Positions 38,730-49,941 of a stretch of 64,000 nt of DNA are shown here, piece after piece. The position numbers and the translations under genes were made by a program. The DNA comes from a virus. Taxonomy: Duplodnaviria > Caudoviricetes. The notes beneath the pieces are model-generated. The model searched no databases, was not told where the DNA came from, and saw only the letters and a list, made by a program, of their open reading frames with translations. The stretch's first letter is position 1. Every line of letters begins with the position of its first letter. Location of the stretch: IMG/VR virus record IMGVR_UViG_3300045391_005020; one strand, given 5' to 3'.

Positions 38730-39185
38730 CTAACCAAAAAGCCGGTCGATAAATACAGCTCCGTCCAGGTGATCGATCTCATGCTGCAAAATGATCGCGG
38801 TGAAGGTTTGGGACGCCGCGAGTGACTCGCCTTTATGGTTCCCGAGGTGATCCTGGTACTCCACTACGATCGCGGCCGACCGCGGGACCTCGAGCTCCAC
38901 GCCGGGGAAACTCAGGCATCCCTCTGGGCCTGAGTGCTTGCCGTCGCGCTTGGTGATCCGTGGGTTCACCCAGATGCAGCTGAGACCTGAGCGAAAACTT
39001 TTGTGTCGCGTCACACAAACGCGGCGCGGATCGCCGACCTGGTTGGCGGCGAGCCCGATGGCCCCATAGGCGTCCATCGTGTGAATCATGTCGTCTATGA
39101 GTGTACGGAGATCGTCGTCGAACGCCGTGACTTCGGCGGTCGGTTTTAACAGGAGGGGATCAGGATACTGGAGAACCCGAAGCAT
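38730..39185 (-). CDS. def: peptide deformylase (short, phage-type)
   Basis: IGLAANQVG, EGCLS, QHEIDHLDG; ends shortly after motif 3. Confidence 0.93.
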   Translation of the reverse strand: MLRVLQYPDPLLLKPTAEVTAFDDDLRTLIDDMIHTMDAYGAIGLAANQVGDPRRVCVTRHKSFRSGLSCIWVNPRITKRDGKHSGPEGCLSFPGVELEVPRSAAIVVEYQDHLGNHKGESLAASQTFTAIILQHEIDHLDGAVFIDRLFG

Positions 39186-39667
39186 TACTCGTTTGGGTTC
39201 GTTGGCTCGGAATACGAGCCGCCGCAGTAGGGGTTCCAATCGGTCTTGGTCGGCTCAATACTGGTCGGTTTGTCTGTGTAGAAACCGGAAGTCTTGGTCT
39301 TATTGACCAAACCGGTCCCGTCGCAGTCCCGGCATGCACGCATGTCGTACGGCATCCACCTGCTCCGAACCTCGCCGCTTCCGGAGCACTCATTGCAGTA
39401 CTCGACCTTCGGCTCAGTGCCGTCGCACGATCCGCAGTGTCCTAGCTTGATCTCGTATTGACCGCACGCCGGACAAACGTCGTGGTTGTATACTTCGGTC
39501 TCGTATGTCTCGCGCACGACCGCGGACAACGTGTCCATCGCGCCGGCGCCATTGCTGAGCAACCGGTGCGCCGCGCACAGCGCGAACGCCATGTCGCCCC
39601 AGTCTTGGGACTTCAGCGCACGAACCAGCATGGTTCTGAGCGCGTCGGCATCTTGCTGCTCAGTCAT
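39185..39667 (-). CDS. DnaJ-type CxxCxGxG zinc-finger protein
   Basis: CNECSGSG, CRDCDGTG. Confidence 0.6.
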   Translation of the reverse strand: MTEQQDADALRTMLVRALKSQDWGDMAFALCAAHRLLSNGAGAMDTLSAVVRETYETEVYNHDVCPACGQYEIKLGHCGSCDGTEPKVEYCNECSGSGEVRSRWMPYDMRACRDCDGTGLVNKTKTSGFYTDKPTSIEPTKTDWNPYCGGSYSEPTNPNE

Positions 39668-39951
39668 CCATCATCCCTTTGAGGCGCTGCTGGTAGTCGC
39701 CGTAGTGATCCTTCATGAACTTCGCCCACCACGGATCCGGGGTCCACACCCAGCGGCATTCACCGTTCTCGTCGAGGGGGCCGAAAATGTCGCGGTGTCC
39801 AGCACCGACCATCGCGGCCTCGACTCGGACTCTCGAGTCACCAACGTAGATCCCGGTGTCGCGCGCGTACCAGGTGAGCTTCCACACCGAGATCCCGATG
39901 ATGCCGATCAGAAACCAGCGAATGTTGCGGTACGTTGTGGGCTTCATGGAA

Positions 39952-40116
39952 TCACGCCTTGCTTGTCATGTGCCAGCCCTTGCAGAACCGACACTCATAA
40001 ACGCGAAGCTTCGAGACGTCGCGGCTAGGTTTGGAAAGAATTTGTCGGCACGCATCCACGGCTGCCGCGGAGTCGGCGAAGCGTTTCTTGCGCATGCACT
40101 CGACCAGTCTGGCCAC
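39952..40116 (-). CDS. 54-aa Zn-binding phage protein (not in the ORF track)
   Basis: GGAGG SD, GTG start; C..KKRF...LRVYECRFCKGWHMTS. Confidence 0.65.
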   Translation of the reverse strand: MARLVECMRKKRFADSAAAVDACRQILSKPSRDVSKLRVYECRFCKGWHMTSKA

Positions 40117-40179
40117 AGAACCTCCGGAAATAAGACCGGGGCCCAGGCGGCAATCCGCGCAGGGCCCCGGGTCTCCTGA

Positions 40180-40587
40180 TTAGCGCTTGATGGTTTTGAT
40201 CGCGTCCTTGGCGGCCGAAACCGACAAGAGCGTGAGCACACCAATCGCTAGATCACGGACGAACGGGCTGGCTGCGTAGCCAGTCACGTTCGCGGCCACG
40301 CCAACGACCAACGTCGCGATGGCAGCCGCGCCCACCATGGGCGCCAAATCGTTCACGAGACCAACGGTCCAGCCGATGACGCCCTTGGGCGACAGGTCGG
40401 TGACGGAGCCGATGAGCTCACGAACCTTCTTGGCCGCCCACATGGTCAGCGGGGCAGCCGTCAGCGCGAACGCCAGGATTGCCACGCTGGCGATCAACGG
40501 ATGACAGGCGATGTAGCACTGATTGTGCAGCACGCCCAAACCGATGAACACAGCGGTCAAGATACTTGTGATGAGACGACTATTCAT
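40180..40587 (-). CDS. multi-pass membrane protein
   Basis: Four hydrophobic segments; own promoter motif (40636) and a downstream hairpin (40134-40174). Confidence 0.6.
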   Translation of the reverse strand: MNSRLITSILTAVFIGLGVLHNQCYIACHPLIASVAILAFALTAAPLTMWAAKKVRELIGSVTDLSPKGVIGWTVGLVNDLAPMVGAAAIATLVVGVAANVTGYAASPFVRDLAIGVLTLLSVSAAKDAIKTIKR

Positions 40588-40701
40588 AGTCGGAACACTC
40601 CTTTGTGAGCCCTGACTGTACCAGATTTAACTGCCAGTCAACCGTATTGTCTCGATCGAGTGGATTTCCACTTGACGGCACAGGGCTTATGGACGCGGCG
40701 C

Positions 40702-42734
40702 TCAGTAGGCGACCCACGCGTTATCGGGATCTCGGAATTCGATCATCCGATACGTGTGCCAGTTCGGGCCCACGACCTTCACTGACATCTGGTGTCCGTC
40801 TGGACGGACGATCTCGAGCATCAGGCCGGCCGGCAACGGGACCGTCGCGCCGTCCGCGGGCGTGGTCACGTACGTATTTTGGACCGACCACACGATGCCG
40901 TGGTCTGGCGGTACTTGCGAGAGGGTGCAGACGATCATGTTCGGAACTTCGGGATGTTCTTGGTGGGATGCACGATGTGCACGTTGAGACCAGTGAACAC
41001 TCGGACCTCCATGGCCTCGTAGTAATCCCGGAGCGCCAGGATGTCGCGGCTCGTCAGGTAGGACTCAGCAGTGTCGATCGCGAAGCAGTCGGGGCTTATC
41101 TCCGACATTTCGCGACCGAGCCGATCGCCCAGCGGCGGACAGGCGAAGTATTGAGCTTCGCTCATTCGCGATCCGGCCGGCGCGGGTATACCTGGCCCGC
41201 GATGATCGCCATGTGGTTGTCCTTGATGGCCCGGATCTCCTGAGGCGACATGATCCGATATCCGGCGTTCTCGAGGGCGTCCACGATATGCTGCGCCATA
41301 TCGCCGGCGATGTAGTTGGTCATGACCTGGTGGATGATCAGTTTGGGGCTGTCCATTAGTCGTCCTCTCGGGTTGATTCGACGCCATCGTAGTAACCGGC
41401 TTCACGTGCATCGGCGCACATGTCGGTCACCATGGCCTCCGAGTAGACCGAGTATCCGGCCTCGTCGAGGGCCTGCAGGATCTGGTTCGCGCGATCGCCG
41501 CACTTCTCTTCGTCCAGCAGCTTCCGGTCCCCGCAGGTCCAACTCGCGAGCGTCTTGGTGATAATGTCTTTCGATGTCAGCATTGGTTCTCGAACGAGTC
41601 GCACACGATCACGTAGATCGCTTCGAGTTCGGCTCGCTTCATCTGGGTGATAGGGGGATTCAGGACAACGTGGCGGCCGTACTTGGGCCAGTAATCCACG
41701 TAGTGATCGGCGAGGCCCTGGACGTCATCCTTGCCCATCCAGTGCACACCTGGGTTGTGCTTGAAGCGTTTCCGGCTCTCGGCGTTCGAGCGTTTGGCGT
41801 CCGCGAGCGCTGTCTTCTTCCAGGGCTTCGGAATCTTCTCGGGATCCTGCCACATGGACCAGCCTGAGTGGATCAGGTGCCACATCGAGAACGCCTCGAT
41901 CGCCTGGTGCTCGAATCCCTGCTCTGGATGGTAGATCGTCGGGTAATACATCGCCTGCCCGACCTCGCTGAAGATTGCGGCGATCAACTGATCGCGCGAC
42001 AGCCGGCTACTCTTCAGACGACGCGGGATCTTCTTGAGATCCACGGTCCCGTAGAGTCCACCCTCGTAGATGGTCTTGTCCGAGTACGGCCAGTGCAGGT
42101 GCAGCGGGCTCAGGAAGATGCTCTGGTGATCCCACTTCTTCTTGGGGTACGGCGAGGCCGCTTCGCGCAGCCGCGCAAAATCCAGCGGGGCCTCGAACGT
42201 GTCCCGCTTCTTCACTTCCGCTTCCTCGGAAGCTTGCGGATCCGGCCGACGCAGAAGTCGAGCAACAGCTCCTTCTCGCCAGAGCCGTCGAAGTTCACCG
42301 CGACGCGGGATCCCATGAAGTCGCCAGTGACGGCGCCGACTACGGTTCCGTCCCCGAGGGTCTTGTGGCGAACTCGGTCACCTTTGCGGTACCGGAGGTG
42401 GCCGCGGCTCACGGTCCCGACTTTCACGAACAGCTTGTTACCGATGCGATGAACTTTCATGTCAGATCCTTGGCCCATACTTGAGCGTGAGGCGGAACGG
42501 GGCCGGCTTGCCGCGCACCGTGAAGGGAGCGATGTATTCGAGGCCGGCGTGCACGTCGAACATCGTGCTGAGGTCGACGTATCCGAGCTCTTCCTCGTGG
42601 TACCGGTAGGTGAGCTCATAACCCGGCGCCCACTCGACCAACACCGCGTGCTCGGTCTCGTCAGGCCAGATCGGTTTCCAGCCGGACGCCAAGAGCGCTT
42701 CCCAATACGCCATCGGGATCACGGGTCTTCCCAA
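40702..42734 (-). other. hypothetical gene run (includes 41577-42215 and a small SH3/Tudor-like ORF 42212-42460)
   Basis: Coupled ORFs; GDRVRHKTLGDGTV motif. Confidence 0.5.
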
Positions 42735-43156
42735 TACTCGGTCGTGAGCCAGTCGAGCGTTTCCTTCATGCCGTCCATCAGGTCAGGCTGGTACACGAGC
42801 CACAGCCAGTCGGCCCAATACCAGTCCGAGCACTTCTCGGGTTCCGGATTCGGGTACGGCCACACCAGCGTCGGAACCAGGAGCACGAAACTGTGGAGCA
42901 CGTACGGCTCGCGGCCGGGCGGATTGAACGTGTTGCTGAACAGATCGATCCAGGGCCCGAATGTGTGGATGTTTAGGATCCCGAGCTCTTCGTCGAGCTC
43001 ACGCCGTGCCCCGTCGTACTTGGATTCACCGGCTTCGAGTCGGCCGCCCGGAAACTGGACGTACCCGGGAAACTCCCGAAGGGTCGACGCGCGCCGGCTC
43101 ACCAGGAGCTGACGGCGCGGATTCACCAGACAGATCTGGGTGCCTTCGTTACGCAC
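42719..43156 (-). CDS. Nudix hydrolase
   Basis: GGRLEAGESKYDGARRELDEELG Nudix box. Confidence 0.9.
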   Translation of the reverse strand: MRNEGTQICLVNPRRQLLVSRRASTLREFPGYVQFPGGRLEAGESKYDGARRELDEELGILNIHTFGPWIDLFSNTFNPPGREPYVLHSFVLLVPTLVWPYPNPEPEKCSDWYWADWLWLVYQPDLMDGMKETLDWLTTEYWEDP

Positions 43157-43160
43157 GGGA

Positions 43161-43715
43161 TTACGGGTACTCGAACGGCACCAGCGATGCGTTCGCCTTC
43201 ACGTACAGTGGGTGCTTGGGCGAGCCGTTCTTGGTCGTCCCCAAGCACAATAGGTTGTGCTGTCGCGATACGACACGGCCACGGTACTGAGCAATCTCCT
43301 GAGCGCCCCACGCGGCGACCCGGATACCGTTCACGTGCTCGATGCACTGGGTCTTGATGAAGTGATCGTTTTCGGGACCGATCGGATCGAAGAGGGTGCC
43401 GTACAGATTCTTGGGATTCGTCGCCCGCTTGGCAAACAGGTTCACGACGGTCAGGCGATTGCAGCCCCAATCGGTCGCGAACCGGATGCACCGGCGGATC
43501 GTGGGATCATTCGTGGCCGCGTCCGCGGTGCTCGGGTTGAGCATGATGAACAAGCACGGGAAGTCGGCCTTCTTGGGCGCCTTCGGGTTGTCCCGGAGAT
43601 CGCGCGTCAGCAGGTACCGATACAGACGGTCCTCGCTGAACTCGGCAGTGTCGATCACGGGCTCGCCGTCGGCAGCGATTCGGTTGAGTCGGAAGACCCC
43701 GACGTGATTGGTCAC
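43161..43715 (-). CDS. DUF1643 family protein
   Basis: YRYLLTR, FIMLNPSTADA..NDPTIRRC, VNLFA, AAWG, PKHPLYV. Confidence 0.9.
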   Translation of the reverse strand: MTNHVGVFRLNRIAADGEPVIDTAEFSEDRLYRYLLTRDLRDNPKAPKKADFPCLFIMLNPSTADAATNDPTIRRCIRFATDWGCNRLTVVNLFAKRATNPKNLYGTLFDPIGPENDHFIKTQCIEHVNGIRVAAWGAQEIAQYRGRVVSRQHNLLCLGTTKNGSPKHPLYVKANASLVPFEYP

Positions 43716-46700
43716 TTGGTCTTCTTGGCTACGCCACGAGACGGAGTCACGTACACATCCGGATTCTGGTGTGCGCCAGCGGCTCCTGCTTGTTTGCGGG
43801 CGCGGGCGACGCGCTCCTTGCGGACTCGCTTCGAAGTCACGGCAGCGTCGGGCACATCGGCCTCGGCCTTCTCGGCTGCGGTTCCGTGCGTTGCAATCGG
43901 GTAGCAGCCTTCGCGCTTATCGTCGAACACCTGGATCTCTTGGGCCGGGTGGCCGCCGTTACCGTCCTCGGGGATCATGTAGAACTTGGCGCGCTCGTAT
44001 TGGAGCTTGGCCGACCGAGTCTGCCGACGGATCAATTCCTGGCCCTCGTGGTAGGTCATGAAATTGCGGTAGCCGCGGGCCATGTAGGCAAACAGATCGG
44101 TCACGATGCTGAACATCAGGGAGCTCCTTCGGACCCCTGTTATGACAATATAACAGGTATAGTCAAGCCTATTGTGTAATTGGCCTAGCGGTCGTCCCGG
44201 TCCCGCTGGGCATGCCGATTCTTCCGCTTCAGTCGGTTCTTCGCGGTCCAGGTGCGATCACAGGATCGCGCACGTTTGCGGGCGCCACCGAAGTCTCCGT
44301 AGCCGCGCTGGCACGGAGGCTTCTTCACCGGCTCTGCTCTTTGAGAGCTCGAGCCAACATGGCCAGGTGGGTCGGGGATTCGATGTGGGCGACGTGCATC
44401 ATGGCCTGAACCGGCTCATGGGTGTCGACCACGCTCATCAGCAGGATGTCCTGCAGGTACTCGTCTTGGCTGAACCGGATGCCGTCCAGAACGGTCGCAT
44501 GGAGCTTGTTCTGCTGGGCAGAACGCAAGATGGCGCCGTAGGTAGGCACCGGCTCTGGTTGTTTGGCGAATCCGAGCGCGACGTTCACGTCAACCTCAGC
44601 GCCGGCTTTTGGTCCGGTACTGGCGACCACCCCACACATCAATGGCGGTCTTGACCACGCGCGTCATGCCTTCGACGAGCGACACAGCGAATTCGTAGAC
44701 CGCGATCAACGGCACAATCACGAGCCCGGCGATCGGCAGCAAGTACAGGAGCTTCAAGGAGGCGACCAGACGCGAATCCGTTCTGGCGATCCGGAACGAA
44801 GGGAACTTCATGGCATCCCTTGGTCGACCCAGTGGACCAAACGGCGCGGGTCAACCTTGGTGGTGGTTCCATCCGCGTTCTTGACCTCGATCTCGGCGCG
44901 GCCGGAGACCGAATTAGTGGAGATGATGATGCGTTCGACAGCGACCTGGTAGTCGTCCTGTCCGGGTGGTTTTTCGCCCCAGCTCATAGTTTGCCTTTCA
45001 GGAGGACGGTCCAGGTGTCCTGAACCGTCGCGGATAAGTACACGTACGCCTCGCGGCAGCAGATCAGGACCAGCCAGACCGGTAGAAACGCCAGCGTGAC
45101 CGGCACCAAGTACAGGAGCTTCAACCGTGCTCTGGTCGGAGTGTCGTGCGCTTGGATATCCCACTCGGCCTCCGCGGTCCAATCCAGGAACCGCCGGATC
45201 TGTTCCCACAGGTCGATCTTGCAGCAGTCGAGAATCAGGTACGTGACCGTGTAGATCAGGACCGTGATGACGGCCCACAGGATGACCGTTCTGGTATACG
45301 GCCACACCTCGGTGGTGCCGAGCCAGCTGATCAGCCAGATTGCGCCCACGACCGAACCGATCACGCCGAGCCACGCAAGGAGTTGTCTCATCGCTTGGTT
45401 TCCCTGACCGCGGCCTTGAGAGCGTCGATGAGTGCCGGGATCGCGAACGCGTCGATGTTGATTTCGCGGCCGTTGTACCGGATGTCGAGCGAACCAATCC
45501 AGGGCACGACCTGGAAGGTCGCGAATCCCTCGTCCGAGGAGACATGGACGGTCCTGGTGTGGACCGACGAATCGTCCGACCACTTGACCGAATCCTTGAA
45601 TACCGTGACTTCCGGTTTGCTCATTTGCTCTTTCTGAACCACCACATCTCAAAGAACGCGCGTCCGAAGCTGATCGCCAAGAACGTCAGGATCAGGGTCG
45701 CGATGTAGTAATTGATCAGGTCGACGGTGCTCATGCGCGCCATGCCTTCCAGGCTTCACTCAGGTGGTGCACGACCCAGTAGAGCCCGAAGCACCCCAGG
45801 CCTGCCATCGTGACCGCGCCGCCCCAGAAGCCGTCGGCCTGATAGCCGGTCAGGCGCGTGTGGACCATCAGATAGAGCAGGATCAACGGGACTGCGGCCC
45901 CGACCGATGCCATGAGGGCGAAACCGAGCCGATCGGTCACTTTCTGCACTTGTGGTCTCCGAACAGGAACTCGAGGGTGCGACGCATGATCTCGACCGAG
46001 ATGCTGGATCGATCGACCTCGTAAGATTTGGCCGCGTCGTTCAGGGCCTGCCCGATCGAGATCGGGATCAAGAGGAGCGCGGTCACGCCGGCGAGCGGGA
46101 GTAGCACCAGGGCGGCCAGGAAACGACTGACCGTCATCGGCGCCTCTTGGGCTTCGTGGTTCGGAGTGCGTCTCGGGTCGCGTCGATCGCGACCATTCCG
46201 GTCACGCCCAGTAGCCCGGTGCACAGAATAGCCCCGGCCCAGTACATGAGCTGGCAGCCAGCGTACTGGCACTTGAGTGCCGAGCTGACGAACAAGACCG
46301 TCCAGTAGATGTTCCAGGACGTGCACAGCCAAAACAGGAAAGCACGACCGATGACGGGCATCATCAGTAGGACCGCTTGATCTTCCGGGCGCCGTACCGG
46401 TCGTGAGCGTGGGTGATGCTGGTCAGGGACATGCCGGTCTTGGCCGCAATCTCCTGATTCGAGTAGCCTTCGCGCTTCATCTGGGTGACCATCCGACCCA
46501 GCTCCGGATCGGCCTTCTGGTTCGGGCCTTGGCGGCCGGAACGGACGTAGCGCAGGTGCAGCTCTGACGCCTTGCGAATCACAGTGCTGCGCTTGCGGCC
46601 CGTCTTCTTGGCGATCTGGCTGTAGCTCAGCGACTCGTCCCTGAAGAGGGCTTCCCAGTCGATCTGATCATTGGTGGATGGTTGCGGTTTGGCGCTCATT

Positions 46701-49157
46701 TAGCCTCTGCTTGCGTGGGGAGTTGCGGCACCACAGCCGTCTTGGCCTTCTGGGGCTGTTCGGTCGACACGCGGTCGACGTAGTCAGGGCCCCAGATCGG
46801 ATCGCCGGTCAGGTGCTGGATTGCGGGTAAGCAATCGGGGTTCTGGTAGGAAAAGCGGATATGTTGGGGACCGACTTCGATGTCGAAGATCTGGAAGCCT
46901 GTGGGGTTCAGGATCTCGCCCACTACGTCCTGCTCGGAGCAGTAGATCCGGAGGGCGGCCGGCACGCACCGGCACTTGTAGGTGTACGAATCCTGGTCTT
47001 CCCCGTAGGCCTGCATGGTCGGCCAGACCTCTTGGAGCCGGTAGAGCAGGTACCGAACGGTCGTCGGGATCTCGGGGCTGGCGACGGCCAGGTACCGATT
47101 CTCCACGCGGAGAGGGCTCACTTGGGGCCCTTACGGTCACGCCCGAAGGCGTACTTGGCCACCCCGACCGCGGCCTCGCAGACAGCCCAGACCATCAGGA
47201 GCGCGATGAAGTAGTGCTCGGAAGCGAAGTGCCAGAAGGAGTCCATTCTGGTTAGTCGTCGAGGGCCAGCAGGTGGGCCGTCATGGCGGTCTCGAAAGTC
47301 GTCCGCGCGATCTCGACTTGGGCCGCGTCCTGACCGACCATCGCGATCCGGACGGTGGCGCCGCTGGTACCGGCCGGGTACGACCAGTGCGAGACGTTGA
47401 AAAGGTTGTAACTCACGTCGCCGACGTTGAGTACGTGGACATTGGTGACGGCCATCTTGGGGAGCCTTTCAGTCGGACCCGAGCAAGGACGGGCCTACGT
47501 GCATGAGCGAAGATCTGGAAGTAGAGGGGGCCTTGCTGGTACGGTCTCGTAACCGTACAGATATTATCCAGTAGTCAAATGTATTGTAATGATAATGGCC
47601 GCCAAATGGCCCAGGCCAAGATCATGTGATACCTAAAAAGAAGCTACGCCGGCCCCGCAAGGGACCGGCGGCTTCTTCGCGGTTCCTTCATGGCTGCCAG
47701 AGCAGGAATCCGACCCACGAGTTCCACAACAGGCTATACCCGTCATGGAAGAACGCGGTGCCGCGGTGCCACTCGACCAATGTCTTGGTGCCAAAACCGT
47801 CCCGGAAGTACGCGGTGATTTCCTGACCGACCGCTGGTCTTACCAGCCGGCCTGAGCGGTCGCGTCTCCCCAGCTTCTTCCCCGGCATGTCAAGACTCCG
47901 CGGGCGGATTGAACGCCAGCTCGTATTTGGTAGCGGTCTGCTGGAGGCTGTGTCGCCACTCTGACGGCTCGTCACGATCGTGGATCATCTGAAGCCTGAG
48001 CCCGAGGCATTCGTGCTTCCTCGTCGGGAATAGCTCCTTGATAGCCGGGCGCTCGAGCAGGTCTTCGAATCCGACTTCCATCTCCGGATTGTAGATCTCG
48101 TCCGGGATCAGGCACCCGATCGCACACATGCGCCCTTCGGGGCCGCGGTACAGGCACTGTTCTCCGGTTTTGAGAAAATGACTCGATCGCGCATTCTGGG
48201 TTAACAAGTGGGTAACGACGCGGTCGAACATTTCTTGGAGGTCCATCAGGGGCTCCTCTGCCACAAAACTTTGCCTTTTGGGGTCCGGACTTCGTCGATG
48301 ATGACCCGGCAAGCATAGCAGTCCTGCCAGTACTCGCCGTCTTGATCGGTGGCCCTCAATTCGGCCTCACGGATGTTGTGCGCTTTAACGACACGCGTCT
48401 CCGCGTGCGTGACCCGCACGTCTACCGAGAATTCCTTGAGCCGATTCCGGTTCCGCTTTGTCTTACTCTTCGTCCTCATCCTCGCCCTCCTCCTCGAAGT
48501 CATCGAGGTCCGGCCAGACTTCCTCGCCGGTCTTCTGATTGGTCACGCAGGTGACATGACCTTCATTTGATTCGGAGCAGTGTTCGGCTTCCACCATCTC
48601 GGCGGCAGCCTTGGCACTCGGGGCCATGACGGTCACGTCCCGGTACGTGACTTCCTCGACGGTCACCACGTACTTCTGTTTCTTCAGCTTCTTGGCCATT
48701 TGGCCTGTCTTTCTTTCCGCTCTTTGCGGCATGCCTTGATCTCGTCCTCGATGATCTCGGCTTCGGTTTTGCCCGGCTTCCATTTCCTCGGTTTCCATGC
48801 CTTGTGGGAATCGAGTCCGACCAAGATCGAGCACGTGTATTTGGAGACCTTGGCGCTCAAGATGCTCCAGCCTTTCGGGAGTCGGAACGCAATCCACGTC
48901 GGCTCGCCCGCCTTGGATTTATCCGGGTAGAGAGTGCCGCGGCCGGCGCCAAGGTAGACCTCGTGGGATCCGGCACCGGATCCGTACCCGTCAATCTCAG
49001 GCCATTTGGCCACCAGGTCGAACGTCCACTCTTGGACTTTCGTGCCGATGTTTCGGCAGTAGCAACCGGGGTTGACCCTGATCTCGCCTTGCACGACCGT
49101 TGGATTTAGGCGCGGCTGTAGGGTCATGACGCTTCCTGGGGCTCGCGGATTTGGCAA
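43712..49157 (-). other. run of hypothetical and small membrane genes, including HTH protein 46364-46699
   Basis: Coupled ORFs; LSYSQIAKKTG and GYSNQEIAAKTG HTH motifs. Confidence 0.5.
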
Positions 49158-49537
49158 TCCACCAGTTCGTTCGACTTGACGCTGTAGAACACCTCATGGT
49201 CGCAACCGGATAACAGCCACAGCTGCTGCCTGACGTCGTCGTTGAGGGTGTCCCAGATCCCTTCCAGGGTAGCGATGTCATCAACGTCTTCGCATCCCTC
49301 GTGGGCCTGAATCGTCTCTATCGAGACGCCATCGAAGGGATCACAGTCGCCGTAATCCCACGGGTTGAAGGTAGCGTCGCTGCAGTCCTGCATGTTCAGA
49401 ACCTCGCGCTTCGCCGTGGCTGCCGCTTCGGACCGATACGATTCGACGATCCTGAGCACATCACCAGTCGGAAGATGGTGGTTCTCGTTGTCCTCGTCGG
49501 TCTCGAATCCCATCTCGCACACCGAGTAGATCTTCAT
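49124..49537 (-). CDS. acidic paralog family A, copy 1
   Basis: YRS..AA, NPW.YG, W..L....R..LW, DCQIREP. Confidence 0.75.
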   Translation of the reverse strand: MKIYSVCEMGFETDEDNENHHLPTGDVLRIVESYRSEAAATAKREVLNMQDCSDATFNPWDYGDCDPFDGVSIETIQAHEGCEDVDDIATLEGIWDTLNDDVRQQLWLLSGCDHEVFYSVKSNELVDCQIREPQEAS

Positions 49538-49941
49538 CGTGCCACCGCCGGCTCGCGGACTTGGCAATCCGGAACTTCGATCTCTTCGACCTCGAAGAAC
49601 TTGTTCTCGTTTGCTTCCGAGAGCTCCCACAGGCGCTGACGTGTCTCGCTGGACAGCTCGCCCCAGTGGTCCTTCAGCTCATTGCGGTCATCCAGGTCAT
49701 TGATCCCGGATGCTTGCCGCAACTCGTCGAGCTCCATGGATTCGAACGGATCGTCGGGCCCGTAGGACCACGGATCGTTGTCCGAGTCGGCGCAGGCAGA
49801 CCGATTGAGCTGTCGGCAAGCCTCGCGAGCGGCCTGCTCGGATCGGTACCCGTTGCGCAGGCACTGGATGCCGCAGGAATTGTAGTGATCGGAGTCTTCG
49901 TCGTATTCGAACCGAACTTCGTAGATCACGAAAATATTCAT
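49534..49941 (-). CDS. acidic paralog family A, copy 2
   Basis: Same motifs, ending DCQVREP. Confidence 0.75.
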   Translation of the reverse strand: MNIFVIYEVRFEYDEDSDHYNSCGIQCLRNGYRSEQAAREACRQLNRSACADSDNDPWSYGPDDPFESMELDELRQASGINDLDDRNELKDHWGELSSETRQRLWELSEANENKFFEVEEIEVPDCQVREPAVAR

